Assembly: GCA_965213705.1 (NCBI GenBank)
Contig: OZ243913.1
Span: 2,464,001 to 2,528,000, forward strand
Reading direction: 5' to 3'
DNA from: Trueperaceae bacterium
GTDB taxonomy: Bacteria; Deinococcota; Deinococci; Deinococcales; Trueperaceae
Length of the DNA stretch: 64,000 bases
Position 1 is the stretch's first letter. Each line of letters opens with the position of its first letter. This document shows, piece after piece, positions 32,614-42,720 of the stretch. The notes beneath the pieces were generated by a model that was given only the letters and a program-made list of their open reading frames with translations, was not told the origin of the DNA and did no database searches. The position numbers were made by a program, and so were the translations under genes.

Positions 32614-33741
32614 ATGCAGCAAAAACCAGTTCGTGAACAAGTTATCGTCATCACCGGGGCCAGCAGCGGCGTCGGCCGCGCAACCGCCGAGATGGCTGCA
32701 CGGCAGGGCGCGCGCGTGGTGCTCGCAGCGCGCAGCGAGGACGCGTTGCGCGACATCGCTGACGGCATCACCGCGGCGGGCGGCGTCGCGAGTTACGTCG
32801 TCACGGACGTTTCAAACGAAGAAGAGGTCAAGCGGTTGTCTCGAGAGGCCATCGCCACCTACGGCAGCTACGACACCTGGGTCAACAACGCGGGCGTGTC
32901 GATTTACGGCCGTTTGGAAGAGGTCACCACCGCCGACAGCCGCCAACTGTTCGAGACCAACTTTTGGGGCACCGTCTACGGCTCGCTCGCGGCGGCCGAA
33001 CACCTCAAAACCTACGGCGGCACCATCGTCAACGTCGGGAGTACCTTGTCCGAACGGGCGATTTTGATGCAGGGGATGTACTCGGCCTCCAAACACGCCG
33101 TCAAGGGCTTTACCGAGGCGTTGCGGATGGAGTTGGAACTCGAGGACGCGCCCGTCTGGGTCGCGCTCGTCAAACCCGCCGCCCTCGACACGCCCTACCC
33201 TCAGCACGCCAAAAACTACATGGACAAAGAAGCCAACCTGCCCGCGCCCGTCTACCACCCGGACTTAGCCGCCGAGACCATCCTCCACTGCGCCACGCAC
33301 CGGCAGCGCGAGATGTTCGTGGGCGGCGCGGGCGGTGCTGGTATCGCCGCGATGGGCAACGCCGCGCCGCGACTCACCGACAAGTACATGGAAGCCAACA
33401 TGGTTGAGGCGCAACAGGGCGACATGCCTCCTTCCGACGAGGACGGCCTTTACACCGCGAGCGGCGGCGGCGGCGTGCGCGGATACAACCGCCCCGGCGT
33501 GCGCAAGACGAGCCTGTACACCCAGGCCCAAACGCGGCCCGCCGTAGCGGGGTCGGTCGCGGGGGCACTCGTCGCGGTCGGCGCAGGCCTACTCGCCTGG
33601 CGAATGCTCAGCGGTGAAAACAAGACCGACGCCAACGCGCGCCGCTTCGACCCCGCCCTGCCCGCGCCACGCACCGCGACCAGGGGCATGGACTACCGCA
33701 GCGCTCCGGGCGGCGAGTTCCATACACGCGAAACAGAATGA
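32614..33741 (+). CDS. SDR family oxidoreductase
   Basis: TGASSGVG, NNAG, YSASK. Confidence 0.93.
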   Translation: MQQKPVREQVIVITGASSGVGRATAEMAARQGARVVLAARSEDALRDIADGITAAGGVASYVVTDVSNEEEVKRLSREAIATYGSYDTWVNNAGVSIYGRLEEVTTADSRQLFETNFWGTVYGSLAAAEHLKTYGGTIVNVGSTLSERAILMQGMYSASKHAVKGFTEALRMELELEDAPVWVALVKPAALDTPYPQHAKNYMDKEANLPAPVYHPDLAAETILHCATHRQREMFVGGAGGAGIAAMGNAAPRLTDKYMEANMVEAQQGDMPPSDEDGLYTASGGGGVRGYNRPGVRKTSLYTQAQTRPAVAGSVAGALVAVGAGLLAWRMLSGENKTDANARRFDPALPAPRTATRGMDYRSAPGGEFHTRETE

Positions 33742-33922
33742 GGGTCGCCGCCAGCCGAGCTATAGCGCCAAAAACAAGCCGACGCCGAGCAGGACCAGTC
33801 CCGCCGTGAGCGAGGCGAAGCCGAGGTAAGCGAGGTTGATGAATGCGTTTGGCTTAGCGGCGGGTACGGCCACCGAGAAGAACGTATTCGGCACGAGAAC
33901 GGTCGCGCCGACGGTCAGGTCA

Positions 33923-34363
33923 TCAGGACGTTAAAACCAGTGAGGCACCTCGAGCCCCCACCCACGCCCGCAGCCCAAGATAAGCCAAAAACCCGACCGG
34001 GCCGAGCAGCAGCACCAAGAACAGCAGCGGCGACACGGCCCACGGCGACAACCCGCGCTTTTGAGCGTCCAGGTACACCCAACGCCCGACGAACAGGTCG
34101 AAGGCCAAAAAGTGGACCCAAGCGACGGTGACGGCGGCGGGTGCGGAGAACAGCGTCATCACTTTGGGCAAGTCGGGGCTGAGGACGATTTCCAGGACGG
34201 GCTCGAGTTGCGGCAGTACGAGCGCGAGGTAAAGAGCAGCGGCGGGCGCGGCAATCCAGGGCGAGCCGATAATGCGTTGGGTGACGCGCCAACCCGGCGC
34301 GAGCGTCATCAAGAACCAAAACGGCGCGACGAGGAGAAAGCTGAGCGAGAACACCTGCGTCAT
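33923..34363 (-). CDS. ABA4-like (DUF4281) membrane protein
   Basis: PFWFLM..P.W, WVHFLAFDLFVGRW, GPVG..Y. Confidence 0.88.
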   Translation of the reverse strand: MTQVFSLSFLLVAPFWFLMTLAPGWRVTQRIIGSPWIAAPAAALYLALVLPQLEPVLEIVLSPDLPKVMTLFSAPAAVTVAWVHFLAFDLFVGRWVYLDAQKRGLSPWAVSPLLFLVLLLGPVGFLAYLGLRAWVGARGASLVLTS

Positions 34364-34457
34364 GATGCGACCTGCGGAACGAGCGTTTGCCGGAAAAACA
34401 GGGCCGTTCCGGCGGGGTTGCCGCTGCGCAAGCGGCAACGAGTTATCGACGGGCAGG

Positions 34458-35468
34458 TCATGACACGCTCGCCCGAGGTGCGGGACGGGCTCGAGTCACC
34501 CACCAGGCGCTGATCGAGACAGCAGCCAGCAAAACGGCGAACACGCTCAAAGTCAGCGCGTCCGGCGCGACGAGCGGTTGCGCGCGCAGGGCTTGCCAGG
34601 TGACGAGCAGCACCAGCCCCAAGTAACCCGCCGCCGCCGTGACGACGAGCCCTGTCTTTTGTCCCGCGCTCCACCTGCGGCGGCGCGCGACGAGCAAGCC
34701 GAAAAACGGCAGCACCTGCAGCGCGTGCATCCCCACGAAATGCCCGACGCGCAGGTCACCCCCGCGCGTGCTCCAACCGACGACCGGCAAGCCGGGTCCG
34801 CCGTCTACCAAATCACCGCCCGCTGGCCCGACCGTGTGCGCCCCGGCGACGGTGACGGCTGCGCCCGCTTGCCAGCCCGCGAGCTGTTGCGCGGTCGGCA
34901 GCGTCATCAAAAAGCCCAAACCCATGCCGATGATGGTGATGACGAGCCCAAGGCGCAACGACCACGCAAAAGCGCGGTTCTCAAAACGCTGCAACAGCAG
35001 CAGCGCCGCCACCACGAAGTTCGTTCCCCAGAGAACCATGATAGCCGTGCCCATCAGCGACCACAGCGCCATGTCGAACGGGGTCGCCACGTTGAAGTGG
35101 CTCGTCGTGCCGCGCATCACCTGGAGCGTAATCGGCACCATCTCGGCAACGAAGGTGCCCGCGATGGTCCAGCCCGCCACCCCCACGAGCCGCCGTTTCC
35201 AAACGCGGTCGGTCGCCACAAAACCGAGCAGCCACACCATCGTGAGGGAGTAAAGCGTGATGGACACGCCGAACTTTGCCGGTTTGAGCCAAGCGGGCGC
35301 GCCCGTAATGGTGCGCGGGTCGGCGAAAATGCCGACGACAAAAAAGAGGGTAAGGAAAAGCGTCAGACCGCCGAAAAGAGTCAGGCCTGAATGCGTACGC
35401 CATAACTTTTGCAGGACCCCGACGGGGTCGCGAGCGGGTGAGTTCGGCCTCGAGCTGAGTAGCGCCAT
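34458..35468 (-). CDS. Conserved multi-pass membrane protein
   Basis: W.KP.KF, RGTTSHFN, GDLRVGHFVGMHALQ, WQALR; AGGAG ribosome-binding site. Confidence 0.82.
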   Translation of the reverse strand: MALLSSRPNSPARDPVGVLQKLWRTHSGLTLFGGLTLFLTLFFVVGIFADPRTITGAPAWLKPAKFGVSITLYSLTMVWLLGFVATDRVWKRRLVGVAGWTIAGTFVAEMVPITLQVMRGTTSHFNVATPFDMALWSLMGTAIMVLWGTNFVVAALLLLQRFENRAFAWSLRLGLVITIIGMGLGFLMTLPTAQQLAGWQAGAAVTVAGAHTVGPAGGDLVDGGPGLPVVGWSTRGGDLRVGHFVGMHALQVLPFFGLLVARRRRWSAGQKTGLVVTAAAGYLGLVLLVTWQALRAQPLVAPDALTLSVFAVLLAAVSISAWWVTRARPAPRASVS

Positions 35469-35543
35469 GATGTTCTCCTTCGTCTTGGTGGTTCTGAGAG
35501 GGCTTGGGGTTGAGTCGCGGTCCGCTGTAAGTTTTATACATAC

Positions 35544-35562
35544 TTTTACTTAACACTGTTAA
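35544..35562. promoter_or_regulatory. Putative TetR operator 1
   Basis: TTTTACTTAACACTGTTAA; palindrome TTAACA-N-TGTTAA upstream of the membrane-protein operon. Confidence 0.75.
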
Positions 35563-35593
35563 TTTTTCGAGAAAAATACAGACGTTCACCTCC

Positions 35594-36235
35594 TTAAACC
35601 TTCATGCCTTCGGTGATGCTCGTCTGGTACAGCTCGAGAATCGCGTATGCCGCTGCCTCGTCTATGTAAGGCGTGCTGATGGCGAGAGCGACGACGCCGT
35701 GGACGTTCGCCCAGGCCATGTTCGCGTAGGTTCGCAGGTCGCCGGGTTTGATAACGCCTGCGTCCAGACAGTCCTGCAAAACCCGCGTGAGCACACCGAA
35801 CGAGTCGATAACGGACTCGTACCCCGGCGGTGCGTCCCGCTCCAAAAACTCGCCGCGCTGCATAAACATCAGGCGGTAGTTGACCGGGTTCTCGAGACCG
35901 AACTCGACGTACGCCCGGCCTATCGCGCCGAAGCGCTCTAGCGGCGTCTCGGCACCGTCGTAAGCCGCCTGCAACATCTCCCCGAACTTGACAAAGCCTT
36001 CCATCACCGTGTGGAACAGCAGGTCGTCTTTGTCGTCGAAGTAGAGGTAAATCGTCGTCGGCGAGTAGCCAATCGCCTCGGCGACTTGCCGCAGCGAGAA
36101 GTTCTCGAAGCCGTGCTCCTGAAACAAAGCCACCGCTGCGTCCAGGATGGCGCGGCGCGTTTCGGCTTTGCCCTGTTCGCGGCGTTTGGCGCTGCCTTGT
36201 TTGAGGCGCTGGGCTCGAGTAGACTCTGTTTTCAT
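35594..36235 (-). CDS. TetR/AcrR family regulator (WHG-type C-terminus)
   Basis: ILDAA..LF..HG, SLRQVA..IGYSPTTIYLYF.DK HTH; WANVHG. Confidence 0.95.
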   Translation of the reverse strand: MKTESTRAQRLKQGSAKRREQGKAETRRAILDAAVALFQEHGFENFSLRQVAEAIGYSPTTIYLYFDDKDDLLFHTVMEGFVKFGEMLQAAYDGAETPLERFGAIGRAYVEFGLENPVNYRLMFMQRGEFLERDAPPGYESVIDSFGVLTRVLQDCLDAGVIKPGDLRTYANMAWANVHGVVALAISTPYIDEAAAYAILELYQTSITEGMKV

Positions 36236-36245
36236 TACGGACTTA

Positions 36246-36265
36246 TTTTACTTAACAGTGTTAAG
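36246..36265. promoter_or_regulatory. Putative TetR operator 2 (autoregulation)
   Basis: TTTTACTTAACAGTGTTAAG, near-identical to 35544-35562 and abutting a TAAAAT -10 of tetR. Confidence 0.78.
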
Positions 36266-36595
36266 TTTGTCAAGGTCTTGTGGGGACGCCGCCTCAGAGC
36301 CTCGCGGTAAGGGCTCGACTCAGGACTACCGCGAAACTACCCAGCATACAAACATACAAAGCAGTTCGTCGTTGCGAGCGCAGCGTGGCAACCTCGAGCG
36401 GCGAGGTTTGCCTAACGGTGCTTTTAAGTGAGATTACCTTGCTGCTTCCGCCCTTTCGTAAGGAACACCTAGTTGACAGCAGCCCTTCAGCCCGGCTCGA
36501 GCCCAAAAAGACTCGGCGGCTGCGTGTGGTAAAGTAAACCGCTTCACAGAGCGGGTGAGTTTCGAAGATTTACAGTTCAGAAAGGACGTAACAGT

Positions 36596-37333
36596 ATGTG
36601 GCCGTTTGGCAAATCGACCGAAAAACGTCTCGAGGACGCCCTCAAAGACCAGGAAAAGACCGCCTCGCTCGGCTTGAACGTCGACGTCAAAAAGAAGACG
36701 GCGGTCGTCTCGGGGCAAGTTCCCAACGAGCACTACAGAAACCTCATCGAAGTCATTGCCGAGGGCATCAACGGAATCGAACAGGTGGACCTGAGCGGCG
36801 TCACCGTCGACGCGAGCAGGTCGCCGACGAGCAGCGCGCAAGACCTGCCCAAGACGACCCCGGCCATGACGGCGGAGGACCCCGCCCCGCTGGAGGACTC
36901 GAGCGCCAAGGCGAAAGCTGCGCTTGAAAAAATCAAGGCTGAGAGCAGCCTCGCCAACAACCCGCTCGACGTGTTGCAAAAGGGCTCAACCGTCGTGCTT
37001 CGCGGCGCGGTCGACTCGCAAGCCGAGTTCGACAAGGCCAAGGCGCTTGCTGGCAGCGTCGAAGGCGTCACGAGCGTCGACACGAGCGGCTTGCAAATCA
37101 TCCAACACGCTTCACAGCTCAACACCACCGACGACGACGGCGACATCATCTACACGGTCGAGTCGGGCGACACCCTGTCGCACGTTGCGCTGCACTACTA
37201 CGGCGACGCGGGCAAGGGTTCCTACATGAAAATTGCCGAGGCGAACGGGCTCGCCGACCCGAACAAGATTCAGGTCGGGCAGCAGCTCAAGATTCCGGGG
37301 ACGACGAAGGGTCCCGAGACGCACCTGGCGTAA
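36596..37333 (+). CDS. BON + LysM domain protein (Kbp/YgaU-like)
   Basis: Two BON-like segments; YTVESGDTLS..YYG..IAEAN..PNKIQVGQQLKIP. Confidence 0.9.
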   Translation: MWPFGKSTEKRLEDALKDQEKTASLGLNVDVKKKTAVVSGQVPNEHYRNLIEVIAEGINGIEQVDLSGVTVDASRSPTSSAQDLPKTTPAMTAEDPAPLEDSSAKAKAALEKIKAESSLANNPLDVLQKGSTVVLRGAVDSQAEFDKAKALAGSVEGVTSVDTSGLQIIQHASQLNTTDDDGDIIYTVESGDTLSHVALHYYGDAGKGSYMKIAEANGLADPNKIQVGQQLKIPGTTKGPETHLA

Positions 37334-37351
37334 AAAACCGTGACGGCAAAC

Positions 37352-37380
37352 GTAGGGGCGGGTTTTAAACCCGCCCCTAC
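37352..37380. repeat. GTAG-type REP-like perfect palindrome, possible bidirectional terminator
   Basis: GTAGGGGCGGGTTT-T-AAACCCGCCCCTAC between convergent genes. Confidence 0.75.
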
Positions 37381-37392
37381 CCTATTCCAGGT

Positions 37393-38787
37393 TCAGTGCT
37401 GTTTGGCGGCTTCTTTGATGGCGTGCGCCGAAAACCCAAACTGCGGCAGGTGCGTCTCCCCTACCCCGCTCAGAATCGTCTCGACGAGTTCGGCGAGGTT
37501 CGTGCCGCCAACCCCGACGGCCATGCCGAGGTCGCGCCGCAGGTCGTCGAGCGTGCGGTCGTCGAGCAGCGTTTCGGTGCCGTACTTCAGGACGTTGGGC
37601 GACACCAGCAACAGGTCGGCCTCGCCGGGTTCGATTTGGGTGAGGAAATCGCGGCCCGCCAGCAGCCCTGCCACCGTCGTCACCTCGCCGAAGGTGCGGT
37701 TTTGCAGGGCGCGCACTTCCAGCTCGAGCCCCGCAACCCTCCTCAGGGGTGCGACCGCTTTTTCCAACACCGGCGCGAACAGCTTGCCGGTCGCCAGCAG
37801 GACTTTTTTCGGTTTGGGCAGGCGTTGCGGCAACTGCGGCACGCCTTCGCTTAAAAAGTCTCGCACCATGCCGACACCGTTCTCGAGCATCGGATAGCCC
37901 TCGTAGTAGGCGTCGTCGGGGAAGGGTTTGCCTGCGAGGATGTAAAACTCATCGGACAAGAACACAAACCGCGTGCCCTTTTCGTCAAGCATCCGTTCCT
38001 GAAACGCGTGAACCCGCCGGATGACGTCTCTCGCTTGCTCGGGTGTAAACGGTTTCAGGTCGGGCAGGTTGACGCGGTGCTCGGTCAGGCCGACCGGGAC
38101 GCAGGCCACGGCGAGCACGTTCGGGTAGTCGGCGAGCGCCTCTAAAGACTCGCTCAGGGTGTCGCCGTCGTTGCGGCCGGGCAGCACGACCATTTGGGTG
38201 TAGAGGTCGATGGGCTCGAGCCGCCGCAGCATGGTTTCAACCTGCGTCGCGGCCTCGCTTTTAACCTTGAGCCGCCACCACTTCATCATGTCTTGCCTCA
38301 GCGCCTGGTCCGTGGTGTGGACCGAGACGTAGAGCGGGCTTAAATTCTCGTCCAAGATGCGCGCCACGTCCCCTTCGGTGAGGTTGGTCAGCGTGACGAA
38401 CGAGCCGTACAAAAACGAGGTGCGAAAGTCGTCGTCCATCGTGTAGAGGCTTTTGCGGAAGCCCTTGGGCATCTGGTGGACGTAGCAAAACTCGCATTTG
38501 TTGGCGCACAGGCGTATGCCGTCGAAGATGACCTCGTCGAAGTCCAGACCGGGGTCGTCCCAGCGCACCGTAAAGCGCACTTCGTCGCCGAGCAAGGGGT
38601 CCCGCGCGACAAGCTCAGCAACCCCAACCGCCAGCTCACGGCGGTACGCGAGGATGTCCGGAACCTGCACGCCGTTGACGGTGACGAGTTCCCAACCCGC
38701 GCGCACGCCCGCCACGTGGGCAGGCGAGTCCGCGCGCACGCTCGAGACAGGGACGGTGTAGGGTTTGGCGGCGACCGGCATAAACAC
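37393..38787 (-). CDS. PDZ + radical SAM (DUF512) Fe-S protein
   Basis: SPA..AG PDZ-like N-terminus, CANKCEFC, DDDFRTSFLYG, VPVGLT, ENGVG, TTVAGLL. Confidence 0.9.
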   Translation of the reverse strand: MFMPVAAKPYTVPVSSVRADSPAHVAGVRAGWELVTVNGVQVPDILAYRRELAVGVAELVARDPLLGDEVRFTVRWDDPGLDFDEVIFDGIRLCANKCEFCYVHQMPKGFRKSLYTMDDDFRTSFLYGSFVTLTNLTEGDVARILDENLSPLYVSVHTTDQALRQDMMKWWRLKVKSEAATQVETMLRRLEPIDLYTQMVVLPGRNDGDTLSESLEALADYPNVLAVACVPVGLTEHRVNLPDLKPFTPEQARDVIRRVHAFQERMLDEKGTRFVFLSDEFYILAGKPFPDDAYYEGYPMLENGVGMVRDFLSEGVPQLPQRLPKPKKVLLATGKLFAPVLEKAVAPLRRVAGLELEVRALQNRTFGEVTTVAGLLAGRDFLTQIEPGEADLLLVSPNVLKYGTETLLDDRTLDDLRRDLGMAVGVGGTNLAELVETILSGVGETHLPQFGFSAHAIKEAAKQH

Positions 38788-38938
38788 GAGAGTGTAGCAG
38801 ACGTGCCGCCACGCGAGCGGGGTCTCGGGAACATAGGAGTACCGAGGACCGAGTGAAAAGTACCGAGTAAAAGTTTTTTGGTACTTTCTCCCGTCGCTTG
38901 TCCCGTCGCTTGACCATGAAGCGTAACCTTGGGCGACT

Positions 38939-39406
38939 TCAAAGACTGTCCCCGTCCGTTTCGCGGCGTTGCAAACCGCGTTTGGTAGGGGGCACGAAAA
39001 AGCCGTGGACCGGGGCCAGGGACTCGAAACTCACCCAGTCGCCGGGGGCGATTTCTTCGGGCACTTCGAACAGGGTGACGACCATCGGCACGCCCGCGTC
39101 TATGATGACCGCTTGGGGTTCGCGCTCCAACACCCGCCCCGTCGCGCGCAAGCGGCCGAGCCCGGCCGTCGCCAAACTTTTTTGGGTTTCGTCGGCTTGC
39201 GTCAAGCTGTCGGTCGTCGGGTTGAGGATGAGTTGCGCCGTGCCGGGCTGCGCGGCGTAGGGGTTGGTGCGTTCCAGCACCTGCAGCACGGTCTCACCCA
39301 CGACGCACTCGAGCAGCGGACTTCCCTCGGGGCGGGCCAACACCTCGACGGTTGCGGCGTAGGTTTTAAAGCGCATGACGAAACTCTCGACCGACTCTTC
39401 CAACAT
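38939..39406 (-). CDS. Conserved hypothetical protein
   Basis: TAGACT 7 nt before ATG; native codon usage. Confidence 0.7.
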   Translation of the reverse strand: MLEESVESFVMRFKTYAATVEVLARPEGSPLLECVVGETVLQVLERTNPYAAQPGTAQLILNPTTDSLTQADETQKSLATAGLGRLRATGRVLEREPQAVIIDAGVPMVVTLFEVPEEIAPGDWVSFESLAPVHGFFVPPTKRGLQRRETDGDSL

Positions 39407-39632
39407 GGTGTCCAGTCTACCGCGCGCTTTGCCCGCACGCCTAACCTTGCCGCCCAACCTCGCACCCAACGCCGTGCGGGCGGAGGCCTGTGCTAGACTT
39501 TGGAGTGTGTCGCGGCTTCACCCCAAGCGTGTGCTGCAAACGTAAGAGGTTCGCGTCGTCGACAAGGGCGCGCCGGACCTCTGCGCTGGGTTACCGGCGC
39601 TGAGCTGTCGGCGCCGAGTCAACGGAGGATAG

Positions 39633-40346
39633 ATGCTCGAAAAACTTTCCAGTGTGCAAGACAAAGACTTAGAACTCGACGCGCTTCAAGCCGAGAAAAG
39701 CCAAACTCCCCAAGAACTGCTCGACACCGAAGTCAAGCGTGAAAGTTTAGAGCGTAAACTTGCCGACAAACGCGCCGCGCTCGCCGAGGTGCGCAAAGAG
39801 ATTCGCGCCAACGAAATGGAACTGAGCAGTTTGCAAGCGCGCCGCAAGTCGGCGACCGAGTCGGCGCTGATGGCGACGAGCACCAAAGAAGCTTCCCAGT
39901 ATCAGAACCAGGAACTGCAGTTCGCCACCCGCGTCGAGGAACTGGAAAGCGACACGCTGCCCGTGATGGAACGCGCTGAGACCTTACAAACCGAGGTCGA
40001 GGCCCTCGAGGCTGAACTCGGCGAGGTCGAGCCGCTGTTGCAGAGCCTCAACGACCAAGAAATCATGCGCGTCAGCGCGATTGACGACGCAGTGAGTGCG
40101 CTGGCGGGCGAACGCGACGCACTGACCGAGGGCATCGACAAAACGCTCCTCAAACAGTACGAACACGTGCGCCGCTCGAAGCGCGGCATCGGCTTGGCGG
40201 CCATCGTCGACGGCGCGCGCTGCAGCGGCTGCAACGTGCGCTTGCCGCTCCACGTCGTCCAGAAAGTCAAGGCGGGCAAGGGTGTGACGCGCTGCCCGAG
40301 TTGCGGACGAATCCTGTGGTTTGCGAGCGAGCCGACACCTTCTTGA
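39633..40346 (+). CDS. Coiled-coil protein with C4 zinc ribbon (DUF164-like)
   Basis: Long coiled coil; CSGC...CPSCGRIL. Confidence 0.92.
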   Translation: MLEKLSSVQDKDLELDALQAEKSQTPQELLDTEVKRESLERKLADKRAALAEVRKEIRANEMELSSLQARRKSATESALMATSTKEASQYQNQELQFATRVEELESDTLPVMERAETLQTEVEALEAELGEVEPLLQSLNDQEIMRVSAIDDAVSALAGERDALTEGIDKTLLKQYEHVRRSKRGIGLAAIVDGARCSGCNVRLPLHVVQKVKAGKGVTRCPSCGRILWFASEPTPS

Positions 40347-40379
40347 AAGCCGGCTCGGAACTCGCGTACGAATTCAGTT

Positions 40380-40664
40380 TTGAAAAAGGTCGGCCTGGAG
40401 GCTTTCGGTGAAGCCGGCGGCGTTGTCGTCATCGTCCAGGACCACGGCGACGGTTTCGACGCTGCAGGGGCACTGAACTCGCAAGGCAAATGTTTGAACT
40501 CGCAAGGCAAAGGTTTCGGGCTCGCCACCTTGCGCCAACGTCTGCAGCTTCTGGGCGGTAGCTTGGACCTCATTTCCGTTCCGGGCGACGGCACCCGCGT
40601 CACGGTCACGCTGCCCAGCGAAACCTTACAAGAACCGGATAAGGTCCCAGCGAAGTTCAGGTAA
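40380..40664 (+). pseudogene. Histidine kinase HATPase C-terminal fragment
   Basis: VQDHGDGFD, GFGL, LGG.L, PGDGTRV only; no HisKA or N-box; internal 21-bp duplication. Confidence 0.7.
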
Positions 40665-40678
40665 CGAAAGGGGGGCTC

Positions 40679-41116
40679 ATCATCGAACACACACTCTTCA
40701 TTGTCGAGGACCACGCGGTGCTGCGCTCGGCGCTGCTCGAGCTGTTCTCCGGCCCAAAGTGGCGCGTGCTCGGCGTGGCGGCGTCGGCGGAAGACGCGCT
40801 GCAAACCCTACCCGCTGTCGACCCCGACCTCGTTTTGGTCGACGTGTCGCTGCCCGGCATGAGCGGGTTGAAATTTGTTGAGCGTCTGTGCGTGCAGCGT
40901 CCGGGTGTAAAAACCTTGATGGTCTCGGGGCACAGCGAAACGCTTTACGCGCGCGCCGCACTTGCCGGGGGCGCGCGCGGGTTCGTCACCAAGGACGACC
41001 CCGACCAACTGCTCCACGCGGCGCAAACCGTCCTGAACGGCAAAACTTTCTTGAGCGAACGTTTGCAAGCGGCCCTGGACGGACCCGACAGACTGGAACC
41101 TGTCAACCAACCCTGA
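40679..41116 (+). CDS. NarL-type receiver domain without HTH; canonical start missing
   Basis: LFIVEDH, LVDVSLPG, GFVTK; after the G-rich RBS the frame begins ATC, not ATG. Confidence 0.7.
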   Translation: MIEHTLFIVEDHAVLRSALLELFSGPKWRVLGVAASAEDALQTLPAVDPDLVLVDVSLPGMSGLKFVERLCVQRPGVKTLMVSGHSETLYARAALAGGARGFVTKDDPDQLLHAAQTVLNGKTFLSERLQAALDGPDRLEPVNQP

Positions 41117-41125
41117 GACAGGGGT

Positions 41126-42115
41126 TTACGGCAAATAGCTCAGCGGGTCGACGGTTTGACCCTGGTCGTGAACCTCGAAGTGCAGGTGCGGTCCGGTAGA
41201 CAAACCCGTAGAGCCGACCAACCCGAGCGCGTCGCCCTGCTCGACCCGCTGCCCGACCGCCACCCCGATTTTGCTGAAGTGCGCGTACCAGGTTTCCGCG
41301 CCGCCCGCGTGGCGCAGCTTGACCAAGTTCCCGTACCCCTGGCTGGACCAGCCCGCGTAGACTACCACGCCGCTGCGCGCCGCCGTAATCGGCGTGCCGA
41401 AGGGCGCGGCAATGTCGATGGCGCGGTGAAAACTCGCCGTGCCCAGCCCCAAGTTACGCCGTCCAAAGTACGAGGTGATGCGGCCGTGGAGCGGCCACAG
41501 GTAGGTGTTTTCCTCCTCGCGCACCTGCGCCAAACGTTCCAGCGCGGCCTCGGGTTTGACGCCCGGCAAAAAGAGCAGCGTGCCCGGCGTCAGGTCGCCG
41601 GGCGAGGTGAGTTTGTTTACCTTGACAACGCTCAAGGGACTCACGTCGTAAGCGGCCAGCGTGGCGAGCAAGTCTTCTCCTTCTTGCAGGGTGACGACCA
41701 ACCCTGCGCTCGGCGGGATGAGCAGTTCGATACCCGCGGGCAAACGGTCAAGCGAGGACAGGTCGGGGTTGGCCCCGATGAGGGCCTCGAGCGACAAACC
41801 GTAGCGGCTCGCCAAAGTGGACAACGACTCACCCTCTCGAAGCGTGTGCGTCGTGAACCCCGGCGGCGGCTTCGGCGCGACCTCGGCCACCCCGCCCGTC
41901 GCCTCGCCGTAAGGAATTTTCAAGACGTCGCCCGGTTGCAGCAGTTCGCTCGTCAGGCCGTTGTAACTCAGCAGGGCGTCGACCGGCAGGTGGTAAAGCT
42001 GGGCAATCGCGCCCAAAGAATCGCCCGGTTGCACCACGCGCAACGCGTAACCGCCCGCCCAGGCGAACCCCGCCGACAAACCGACAACCAGCACCAGAAC
42101 GACCTTGACACGCAC
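41126..42115 (-). CDS. M23 family peptidase with LysM domains
   Basis: Signal peptide, LysM repeats, HRAID, YAH, GPHLHFEV. Confidence 0.92.
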   Translation of the reverse strand: MRVKVVLVLVVGLSAGFAWAGGYALRVVQPGDSLGAIAQLYHLPVDALLSYNGLTSELLQPGDVLKIPYGEATGGVAEVAPKPPPGFTTHTLREGESLSTLASRYGLSLEALIGANPDLSSLDRLPAGIELLIPPSAGLVVTLQEGEDLLATLAAYDVSPLSVVKVNKLTSPGDLTPGTLLFLPGVKPEAALERLAQVREEENTYLWPLHGRITSYFGRRNLGLGTASFHRAIDIAAPFGTPITAARSGVVVYAGWSSQGYGNLVKLRHAGGAETWYAHFSKIGVAVGQRVEQGDALGLVGSTGLSTGPHLHFEVHDQGQTVDPLSYLP

Positions 42116-42318
42116 GTCGACCCCAAACGAGTGTGAAATTTGCCCCACGCTATTAGAACAAGGCCGTCTGAGATAAAAGTGAGGGGCGAGCTTGCTCACG
42201 GACGCCGGTCTCGAGCCCGCGCCAAAATCCCCAGCCCAAAAAGGCCGCCCCCGAAAAGGGGGCAGGGTCAAAAACCGTTCAGTTCAGTGTGTTTGGCAAA
42301 ATGCTTGTGGGCTTTTCC

Positions 42319-42720
42319 TCAAACCACGCGCACGGTTTCTTTGAGGTACTGCACCACGTCCTGGGTGTTCGCGCCCGGCGTGAAGATGGTGCCGACGCCC
42401 ATCTCTTTGAGCTTGGGCAAGTCCTGGTCGGGGACGATGCCGCCGCCGAACAGCAGGATGTCTTCGGCCCCGCGCGCTTTCAGCCCGTCGGTGACTTCGC
42501 GGAAGTAGTGCATGTGTGCGCCGGACAAAATCGACAGGCCGACGGCGTCGACGTCTTCTTGCACGGCGGCGTTGACAATCATTTCGGCGGTCTGGCGCAG
42601 GCCGGTGTAGATGACTTCGATGCCGGCGTCGCGCAGGGCTCGAGCAATGACCTTGGCCCCGCGGTCGTGGCCGTCGAGCCCTGGTTTGGCGATGAGTACA
42701 CGAATCTTACGCTGTTCCAT
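42319..42720 (-). CDS. Methylmalonyl-CoA mutase-type cobalamin-binding small subunit
   Basis: [36 protein letters not shown] 6 nt before ATG. Confidence 0.96.
   Translation of the reverse strand: MEQRKIRVLIAKPGLDGHDRGAKVIARALRDAGIEVIYTGLRQTAEMIVNAAVQEDVDAVGLSILSGAHMHYFREVTDGLKARGAEDILLFGGGIVPDQDLPKLKEMGVGTIFTPGANTQDVVQYLKETVRVV

Noticed and set aside
33760..33925. Hydrophobic minus-strand frame after the ABA4-like gene
   Set aside because: No convincing start; at most a gene remnant
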